This document shows positions 14,877 through 24,243 of a stretch of 24,243 nucleotides of DNA, piece by piece. Each line of letters begins with the position of its first letter. Position 1 is the first letter of the stretch. The notes under the pieces were generated by a model. That model searched no databases and was not told the DNA's origin. It worked only from the letters and a program-made list of their open reading frames with translations. Location: assembly GCA_041687695.1 (NCBI GenBank), contig JAWLBL010000012.1, forward strand, positions 176,648 to 200,890, written 5' to 3'. The position numbers were made by a program, and so were the translations under genes. This stretch comes from Myxococcota bacterium. Its GTDB lineage: Bacteria > Myxococcota_A > UBA9042 > PHBI01 > JAWLBL01.

Positions 14877-17800
14877 ATGGCGTCCGACGACCGAGATCCG
14901 AGCGCGATCCTGCGCTACTTCCGCGCGGTGTTGCAGGCGGAGGCGGCGGCCTCGGGCGGCTGCGAGGGCGTCGCCCTGCCCGCGCCGAGCGCCCCGGTGG
15001 CGCCGGATCTCGTGCGGCCGACGGCCCAGGCGCGCTACGCGGTGGTCGCGCTCGAGGGTGGGACGGCGGAGGAGGTCGGGGTCGAGCGGCTGGTGACGCG
15101 CGAGGCGGGCGGCGTCTTCCTGGCGCTGACCGCGGACCGGGTGCCGCTGTTCGAGCACTGGCTGTCGCGCGAGTACGCCAAGGCGTGGGCCAAGGCGAGC
15201 GGGCAGACGGGGGCCGAGCAGGAGGCGCTGTGGCTGGCCGGGTTCCCGGTGCTGGCGACGGCGCGGTTCGGGCGGCGGCGGCTGGAGGCCGTGGTCACGG
15301 TGGAGATCGCCGAGCTGGCGCCGCTGGACGGGGCGCGCGAGGCGTGGCGGGTGCCGACCTGGGGCGAGCGCAAGGCGGGCCAGGTGGGCGCGCCGCCCGA
15401 GTGGCTGCGGCTGAGGACGCGCAAGCCCGGGGCCGTCATCGCCGAGGGGGTCGCCGAGCCGGCGCTGCGGGTGGACGTGAACCTGCTCGAGCGCGAGCTG
15501 GGGTTGGAGGGGGACGCGAGCGAGGCGCTGCGGGAGGCGCTGGAGGGGCTGGGGCCGGCGGACGCCGCGGGGCAGGTGCGGACGCTGGTCGAGCACCTGT
15601 GTGCGCTGCGGGGCGAGGAGCCGCCGGGTGAGGAGGTGGGGCTGGTCGAGGCGCTGTGCAGCGCGCTGGCGCCGTGGGTGGCCGACCGCGGGGCCGAGCT
15701 GCGGCGCGAGGCGCTGATCTACGACGGGGCCGCGGGCGCGCCGACCGCGCAGCTGCAGCGCGAGCTGGGCGAGCTGCTGGCCGCGGACGAGGCGGACCTG
15801 ATGGGCACGCCGCTGGGTGGCTATCTGCTGGCGCGTCCGGCTCGGCTCGGGCAGCGCGGGACGCTGGGGCTGGCCAGCCCGCACGCGCTTACTGAGGCGC
15901 AGCGGACGGTGGCCGAGGCCTCGCTGCAGACGCCGCTGCTGGCGGTGGAGGGGCCGCCGGGGACGGGCAAGACGCACGTCCTGATGGCGCTGGCGGCGCA
16001 CACGGTGGTCGCGGCGGCCCGGGCCGGGGTCTACGGGGCCGGGGCGGGGCGCGGGGAGGCGCCGCAGCTGGTGGTGACGTCGACCAACAACCGCGCGGTC
16101 GACAACGTCGTCGACCCGCTGTCGCGGGACTGGGCGGCCGGACGGCTGCCGGTGGCGCTGCGGACGGGCAGCCGGATCGTGCAGGCGGGGCGGACGGCCG
16201 ACGAGCTGGACCGGGTGCTGGGGTGGCTGGCGGGGCAGGACGGCGCCGGGGCCGAGGCGCGGCACGAGGCGGCGAGCGCGCGGTTCGACGGGATGCTTCG
16301 GGAGATCGAGGCCGTGTTGGCGCCGGTCGCGCGGGGGCGGGCGGCGGCCGAGGAGGTGCGGCGGCTGGAGGCGGCGCTCGCGGGGTGCGACGACGCGCTG
16401 CGGCGGGCCGGGCCGCCGGGGGCGGCGCCGCCGGTCGCGGAGAGCCGGCGGTGGGAGGCGCTGGTGGCGACGCTGGCGCCGCTGGCGGAGGGGCTCGAGG
16501 ACGCCTACGACCGGCTGGACGAGGACCATGGCGCCTGGAGCGCCGAGCGGCTCAAGCGGCTGTGGAAGAAGCACGTCCGCGCGCCGTTGGCGGCGGCGCA
16601 GGCCAAGGCCGCCGCGCTGGGGCTCGCCGCGCCCGAGGTCGCGCGGCCGGAGCCGCGGGAGGGCGCCGAGGTCTGGCGAGAGACGCTGTTCGTCCTGCAC
16701 GGGCGGCTGGAGCGCTTGCTGGACGAGGTGAACGAGCGGCTGCGCGCCGTGGCGGCGGTGAGGGCCCACGCCGAGCTGGTGGCGCGGCGGGCGGCGCTGA
16801 CGGAGCAGCTGCGGGCGGCGCGCGCGAAGGCCGACGCGTTGGACGCGTGCGACGAGGGCGCCCTGCGGCGGGAGGTGGCGACGCGCGAGCACGCGCTGTT
16901 CGGGGCGGCCTGCGACCTGCGGGAGGCCTGGGCGGCGCTGCGGCGCGAGGCGCTCGAGCGCTTCGTCAAGAAGCTGCGGGCGGGGGTCGGCGGGCGCGGC
17001 GGGCAGGTGTTCGCGCAGCTCGAGGGGGACGAGCGGCGGCTGTTCGCAGCGCTGTTCCCGGTCGTGGGGTGCACGCTGCTGTCCATCGGCAACGCGTTCC
17101 CGCTGGAGCCGGGGGCGATAGACGCGCTGGTGGTCGACGAGGCCGGGCAGTGTCCGCCGTCGCACGTCGTCACGGCGCTGTACCGGGCCGAGCGGGCGAC
17201 GCTGGTGGGCGACACGCACCAGCTCGAGCCGGTGTTCGGGCTGTCGGCGGGCGAGGAGCGGCGGGTGCGTGAGCGGGTGGCGCCGGAGCTGCGGGGGCGC
17301 GCGCTGGAGCGGTTTCGGATGGCGCAGCCGGGTGGGACGAGCGCGCAGTGGGCGGCGGAGCAGGTCGGGCCGCGGCTGCGGCTGACGGATCACTTCCGGT
17401 GTCAGCCGGAGATCATCGCGATCAGCGACCGGCTGTGCGACTACGGGCTGACGGTGCACACGCCGCGGCGGTCGCTCGAGGCGCTGTCGCCGTACCTGCG
17501 GGCGCCGGTGCTGGCGCTGCCGGTGCGCGGCCAGCAGCGGCGGGCCGGCGGGTCGTGGTGCAACGACGACGAGGCGCGGCGGCTGGTCGCGATGGCCGAC
17601 TACCTGCTGCGGGCGGGGCTGAGCCCCGAGCAGCTGGGGCTGCTGACGCCGTTTCGGGCCCAGGCGCGGCTGCTGGCGCAGCATCTGCGCGAGCGGCGGG
17701 TGCCGGTCGAGAGCTGGGACGGCACGCCGGACCCGACGGCCGGGAGCGGCGTGACCCTGGGGACCGTGCATCGGCTGCAGGGCGGCGAGCGGGACGTGGT

Positions 17801-17996
17801 CCTGCTGTCGACGGTGGCCAGCGACCCCGCGGCCCTGGCCTTCCTGGATCGGCGGCCGAACCTGGTCAACGTCGCCGCGAGCCGCGCGCGCACCCATCTG
17901 GTGGTCATCGGCCACCCCGACGCGCTCGAGGCGGGCCGGACGACGCGCGAGCTGCTGGCGGCGGTCGCCGAGTCCGGGTGGCTCGAGCCGCGGTGA
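14877..17996 (+). CDS. Superfamily 1 Upf1/DNA2-like helicase (AAA_11/AAA_12-type), 1039 aa
   Basis: LTEAQ, Walker A EGPPGTGKT, STNNRAVDN, Walker B VVDEAGQ, GDTHQLEP, DHFRC, LTPFRAQ, TVHRLQGGERD, NVAASRAR. Confidence 0.9.
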   Translation: MASDDRDPSAILRYFRAVLQAEAAASGGCEGVALPAPSAPVAPDLVRPTAQARYAVVALEGGTAEEVGVERLVTREAGGVFLALTADRVPLFEHWLSREYAKAWAKASGQTGAEQEALWLAGFPVLATARFGRRRLEAVVTVEIAELAPLDGAREAWRVPTWGERKAGQVGAPPEWLRLRTRKPGAVIAEGVAEPALRVDVNLLERELGLEGDASEALREALEGLGPADAAGQVRTLVEHLCALRGEEPPGEEVGLVEALCSALAPWVADRGAELRREALIYDGAAGAPTAQLQRELGELLAADEADLMGTPLGGYLLARPARLGQRGTLGLASPHALTEAQRTVAEASLQTPLLAVEGPPGTGKTHVLMALAAHTVVAAARAGVYGAGAGRGEAPQLVVTSTNNRAVDNVVDPLSRDWAAGRLPVALRTGSRIVQAGRTADELDRVLGWLAGQDGAGAEARHEAASARFDGMLREIEAVLAPVARGRAAAEEVRRLEAALAGCDDALRRAGPPGAAPPVAESRRWEALVATLAPLAEGLEDAYDRLDEDHGAWSAERLKRLWKKHVRAPLAAAQAKAAALGLAAPEVARPEPREGAEVWRETLFVLHGRLERLLDEVNERLRAVAAVRAHAELVARRAALTEQLRAARAKADALDACDEGALRREVATREHALFGAACDLREAWAALRREALERFVKKLRAGVGGRGGQVFAQLEGDERRLFAALFPVVGCTLLSIGNAFPLEPGAIDALVVDEAGQCPPSHVVTALYRAERATLVGDTHQLEPVFGLSAGEERRVRERVAPELRGRALERFRMAQPGGTSAQWAAEQVGPRLRLTDHFRCQPEIIAISDRLCDYGLTVHTPRRSLEALSPYLRAPVLALPVRGQQRRAGGSWCNDDEARRLVAMADYLLRAGLSPEQLGLLTPFRAQARLLAQHLRERRVPVESWDGTPDPTAGSGVTLGTVHRLQGGERDVVLLSTVASDPAALAFLDRRPNLVNVAASRARTHLVVIGHPDALEAGRTTRELLAAVAESGWLEPR

Positions 17997-18041
17997 GGGG
18001 CGCCGTGACGGGGGTGACCGTCCGCGACGCCCCCCTGTCGG

Positions 18042-20435
<2,394 letters not shown>

Positions 20436-20525
20436 GATGGACGCGCTCTCTCTGGGTCTGCGTGGGTGCGGGCGACCGCGTGAGATCTCCCCGAGTCGGG
20501 CCGCCCGGTCAAGCGAGAAACCCTG

Positions 20526-20915
20526 ATGGGCAAGGACAAGAGCAAGGCTGGCGGGGACATTCCCGCGGACGCGCCGAGCGACAACCCGTTCGCGGCGCTG
20601 GCCGGGCTGCGGGACGCGCTGCCTCCCGGACAGAGCCCGGCCGCGCCGGCCGCCGTCGAGGAGGTCGCGAGCGCCGCGCCGAGGCGGGCGGTCATCCGCT
20701 ACGAGCGCAAGGGCCGCGGAGGCAAGGAGGCGACCGTGGTCGAGCAGCTCGGGCTGCCGCCGGCCGAGCTCGAGCGGTGGCTCAAGGACCTCAAGAAGCA
20801 GCTCGGCTGCGGCGGGGTGGTCGAGGGCGACGCGCTGGTGCTGCAGGGCGACCAGCGGGGGCGGCTGAAGGCGGCGCTGACGGCGCGCGGGGTGAAGAAG
20901 GTGAGCGGCGGCTGA
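20526..20915 (+). CDS. yciH: Translation initiation factor SUI1/eIF1-like protein (129 aa)
   Basis: [38 protein letters not shown]. Confidence 0.88.
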   Translation: MGKDKSKAGGDIPADAPSDNPFAALAGLRDALPPGQSPAAPAAVEEVASAAPRRAVIRYERKGRGGKEATVVEQLGLPPAELERWLKDLKKQLGCGGVVEGDALVLQGDQRGRLKAALTARGVKKVSGG

Positions 20916-21172
20916 GGCCCGAAGTGCCTGTCGGGGTGTATTCAGAGTCGGGCGACGCGGCCCGAGGCTGCGGACGTCGTCTCGACCGCGCCGCATAAGG
21001 CTTCGGAAAACGAGCGATTGTGGCGAGCTGACGGCCCGTGCTAAACGCCCGTCGATCGCTGGCCCTGGGGTGGGGCCCGCGACGCACGACGCCCCGACGG
21101 CGTCGTCTGACAGGTGCGTGAGGGGGGGAGCGCCAACGCTCCCTCTGCGCGTGGACGACAGGGAGTGGTCCA

Positions 21173-24100
21173 ATGGTATCAGGCTGTTCGAGCTGGGGTC
21201 GCCTTGGGGTGGCGGCCGCCGGCTTGTGGTGTGGGCTGACGTGGTCGGGCGCCGCCAGCGCGTTCGAGATCACGCCGACCGCGGATGCGATGGCGCTGGC
21301 GACCGAGATCCTCAAGGGCGAGGGCGTCACGGTGACGGGCGCGGTCGTGACGGGCGCCTCGACGGCGACCGGCACCTTCGTGGACGGGCCGCTGGGCATG
21401 TCCTACGGCTCGCTGTTCTCGTCGGGCCACGCCATCGACGCGCTGCCGCCGAGCGACTCGGGCAGCACCTCGGGCAACCACGGGCTGCCTGGCGACCCGC
21501 TCTGCGATCTCATCTCGAACGGCTACTCGACGCACGACGCGGTGCGCCTCGAGATCACCTTCGACCTGGCCCCCGGCTACGAGGGCATCGAGTTCACCTA
21601 CATCGTCGGCTCCGAGGAGTACCCGGAGTACGTGGGCAGCGAGTACGTCGACCCGGTCGGCGTGTTCCTCAACGGCACGAACATCGCGCTGGACCCGTTC
21701 GGCCAGCCGATGACCCTGCAGGGGCAGTTCTTCGCGAGCGACCAGGTCATCGTGGCCCCCGCGACCGAGTCCGAGTTCGACGGCTCGACGCCCATCCTCA
21801 AGAGCCGCGCGCCGCTGGCCGGCGGGACGACCGGCAACAAGATCGTCGTGGTGGTGTGCGACGGCTCGGACACCAGCTACGACACGGCGCTGTTCCTGAC
21901 GGGGCTCACCGGCTGCGTCGACAACTGCGAGATCAACACCTCGTGGTGCGGTGACGGCATCCTGGCGCCCGGCGCCGAGCCCTGCGACGACGGCAACAAC
22001 GTCAACGGCGACGGCTGCAGCGTCTCGTGCGAGGTCGAGCCGGGCTGGGCCTGCACGGGCGCGGCGGGCGAGACCAGCGTCTGCGTCGACACCTGCGGCA
22101 ACGGCACCGTCGACAACGCCGTCGAGCAGTGCGACGACGGCAACGACGTCGACGGCGACGACTGCACCAACGCATGCCGCCTGCCCACCTGCGACGACGG
22201 CCTCCTGCACGACCAGGGCACCGGCACCGAGACGGACGTCGACTGCGGCGGCAGCGAGTGCGCGCCCTGCAAGCTGGACCAGACCTGCAAGACGTGGACG
22301 GACTGCGAGTCGCAGTCGTGCGTGGGGGGCGTCTGCGTCCCGCCGACCTGTGACGACGGCTTCCCCAACGGCGACGAGACCGGCGTCGACTGCGGCGGCA
22401 GCTGCGCGGCGGCCTGCCCGGACGACAGCCCCTGCGTCGTGGACGCCGACTGCATGAGCGGCGTGTGCGCGGGCGGGTTCTGCGCGGCGCCGACCTGCTC
22501 GGACGACGTCCGCAACGGGGACGAGACGGACGTGGACTGCGGCGGTTCCGTCTGCGACGGGTGCGGCACGAGCCAGGGCTGCAAGGTCCCGACCGACTGC
22601 CAGAGCCTGGTCTGCGTCGACGGCGTCTGCCAGGCGCCGAGCTGCACCGACGGCGTCCACAACGGCGCCGAGACCGGCGTCGACTGCGGCGGGCCGCAGT
22701 GTGAACCGTGCGGCGCCGGCGGCGGCTGCGACGCGGCCGACGACTGCCAGAGCGGCGTCTGCACCGGCGGCACCTGCCAGGCCCCGACCTGCACCGACGG
22801 CGTCCACAACGGCGCCGAGACCGGCGTCGACTGCGGCAACGGCTGCCCCGCCTGTGGGACCGGCGGCGGCTGCGACTCGGCCGACGACTGCCAGAGCGGC
22901 GTCTGCACGGGCGGCACCTGCCAGGCCCCGACCTGCACCGACGGCGTGATGAACGGCGGCGAGACCGGCGTCGACTGCGGCGGGGCCGTCTGCGGCGCCT
23001 GCGCGCCGGGCGGCGGGTGCGTCACGGGCGGCGACTGCGCCAGCGGCGTTTGCGTGCTGGGCGTGTGCCTGGCGCCGAGCTGCACCGACGGCGTCCACAA
23101 CGGCGCCGAGACCGGCGTCGACTGCGGCGGGCCGACCTGCGGCCCGTGTGGCTCGGGCTCGGGCTGCCTCGTTGCGGGCGACTGCGACAGCGGCGTGTGC
23201 GTCGACTTCGTCTGCCAGGCCCCGACCTGCACCGACGGCGTCATGAACGGCGCCGAGACCGGCGTCGACTGCGGCAACACCTGCCCCGCCTGCGGCGACG
23301 GCGGCGGCTGCGACTCGGCCGACGACTGCCAGAGCGGCGTCTGCACGGGCGACACCTGCCAAGCGCCGACCTGCACCGACGGCGTCATGAACGGCGCCGA
23401 GACCGGCGTCGACTGCGGCAACGGCTGCCCCGCCTGCGGTGACGGCGGCGGCTGCGACTCGGCCGACGACTGCCAGAGCGGCGTCTGCACGGGCGACACC
23501 TGCCAGGCGCCGACCTGCACCGACGGCGTGCAGAACGGCGACGAGTCCGGCGTCGACTGCGGCAACACCTGCCCCGCCTGCGGTGACGGCGACGGCTGCG
23601 ACTCGGCCGACGACTGCCAGAGCGGCGTCTGCGCCGGTGACACCTGCGCGGCCCCGACCTGCACCGACGGCGTCATGAACGGCGACGAGACCGGCGTCGA
23701 CTGCGGCAACACCTGCCCCGCCTGCGGCGACGGCGGCGGCTGCGACTCGGCCGACGACTGCCAGAGCGGCGTCTGCACCGGTGGCACCTGCCAGGCCCCG
23801 ACCTGCACCGACGGCGTCCAGAACGGCGACGAGACCGGCGTCGACTGCGGCAACACCTGCCCCGCCTGCGGCGACGGCGGCGGCTGCGACTCGGCCGACG
23901 ACTGCCAGAGCGGCGTCTGCGCCGGTGACACCTGCGCGGCCCCGACCTGCGACGACGGCGTGCTCAACGGCGACGAGAGCGACGTCGACTGCGGCGGCGG
24001 CTGCACCCGCTGTGGGACCGGCAAGGGCTGCAAGGGCGCCGACGACTGCGCCAGCTCGGTCTGCGCCGGCGACGTCTGCGCGGCCCCGGCCTGCGACGAC

Positions 24101-24243
24101 GGCGTCATGAACGGCGAGGAGACCGGCGTCGACTGCGGCAACGGCTGCCCCGCCTGCGGCGACGGCGGCGGCTGCGACTCGGCCGACGACTGCCAGAGCG
24201 GCGTCTGCGCCGGTGACACCTGCGCGGCCCCGACCTGCGACGA
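21173..24243 (+). CDS. Large secreted Cys-rich surface protein (>1020 aa, 3' truncated): choice-of-anchor-L-like N-domain, two Myxococcus Cys-rich repeats, at least 14 eight-Cys repeats
   Basis: Translated by hand and absent from the ORF track. GGGAG SD, ATG 21173, signal peptide ending [16 protein letters not shown]...[11 protein letters not shown]...EFDGST...YDTALFL; CGDG...EPCDDGN...DGCS; no stop before the window end. Confidence 0.9.
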   Translation, partial: MVSGCSSWGRLGVAAAGLWCGLTWSGAASAFEITPTADAMALATEILKGEGVTVTGAVVTGASTATGTFVDGPLGMSYGSLFSSGHAIDALPPSDSGSTSGNHGLPGDPLCDLISNGYSTHDAVRLEITFDLAPGYEGIEFTYIVGSEEYPEYVGSEYVDPVGVFLNGTNIALDPFGQPMTLQGQFFASDQVIVAPATESEFDGSTPILKSRAPLAGGTTGNKIVVVVCDGSDTSYDTALFLTGLTGCVDNCEINTSWCGDGILAPGAEPCDDGNNVNGDGCSVSCEVEPGWACTGAAGETSVCVDTCGNGTVDNAVEQCDDGNDVDGDDCTNACRLPTCDDGLLHDQGTGTETDVDCGGSECAPCKLDQTCKTWTDCESQSCVGGVCVPPTCDDGFPNGDETGVDCGGSCAAACPDDSPCVVDADCMSGVCAGGFCAAPTCSDDVRNGDETDVDCGGSVCDGCGTSQGCKVPTDCQSLVCVDGVCQAPSCTDGVHNGAETGVDCGGPQCEPCGAGGGCDAADDCQSGVCTGGTCQAPTCTDGVHNGAETGVDCGNGCPACGTGGGCDSADDCQSGVCTGGTCQAPTCTDGVMNGGETGVDCGGAVCGACAPGGGCVTGGDCASGVCVLGVCLAPSCTDGVHNGAETGVDCGGPTCGPCGSGSGCLVAGDCDSGVCVDFVCQAPTCTDGVMNGAETGVDCGNTCPACGDGGGCDSADDCQSGVCTGDTCQAPTCTDGVMNGAETGVDCGNGCPACGDGGGCDSADDCQSGVCTGDTCQAPTCTDGVQNGDESGVDCGNTCPACGDGDGCDSADDCQSGVCAGDTCAAPTCTDGVMNGDETGVDCGNTCPACGDGGGCDSADDCQSGVCTGGTCQAPTCTDGVQNGDETGVDCGNTCPACGDGGGCDSADDCQSGVCAGDTCAAPTCDDGVLNGDESDVDCGGGCTRCGTGKGCKGADDCASSVCAGDVCAAPACDDGVMNGEETGVDCGNGCPACGDGGGCDSADDCQSGVCAGDTCAAPTCD
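22184..24243 (+). repeat. Coding tandem repeat, mostly 144-147 bp (48-49 aa), 14 full copies plus a partial
   Basis: Consensus [48 protein letters not shown]; the first copy is longer and more diverged. Confidence 0.95.

Noticed and set aside
13668..17915. 1415-aa minus-strand ORF (likewise 1400..2674, 4963..6969, 6795..9137, 7261..8895, 18060..20483)
   Set aside because: Shadow frames of well-supported genes. Stop codons are scarce in high-GC DNA and the translations have no motifs.
21179..24219. Repetitive minus-strand ORFs of 727 aa and 780 aa
   Set aside because: Antisense shadows of the + strand Cys-repeat gene, which has the SD, signal peptide, recognisable domains and GC3 bias.

Overview
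Very GC-rich bacterial chromosomal segment, probably Myxococcota or a related deltaproteobacterium. That placement is inferred from the Myxococcus-type Cys-rich repeats, the GlnRS-YqeY fusion and the many lipoproteins. About 20 genes have credible codon usage: an OsmC-family protein, a Bcr/CflA MFS transporter, a CFA/CMAS-type methyltransferase, a PI-PLC-like lipoprotein divergent from a Na/Pi cotransporter, a DeaD helicase, a His-box hydroxylase/desaturase divergent from a TetR regulator, a double discoidin-like secreted protein coupled to a DksA/TraR protein, RimI, a YciI-like protein, a 1039-aa Upf1/DNA2-like SF1 helicase, GlnRS-YqeY, YciH/SUI1 and several orphans. There is also a >1020-aa secreted Cys-repeat protein that is missing from the ORF track because it runs off the window. 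Non-coding structure includes a 126-bp tandem repeat at the left edge, a 55-bp-period REP-like array, twin TetR-type operators 60 bp apart, Pho-box-like repeats, a G11 tract at a ribosome-binding position and several apparently leaderless genes. I saw no tRNA, rRNA, transposase, integrase or cas gene. I cannot establish a novel system from sequence alone. The best candidates are the putative Pho-regulated phospholipase/transporter module, the repeat arrays, the stand-alone SF1 helicase and the giant surface protein. All family assignments come from motif recognition by eye, not database searches.
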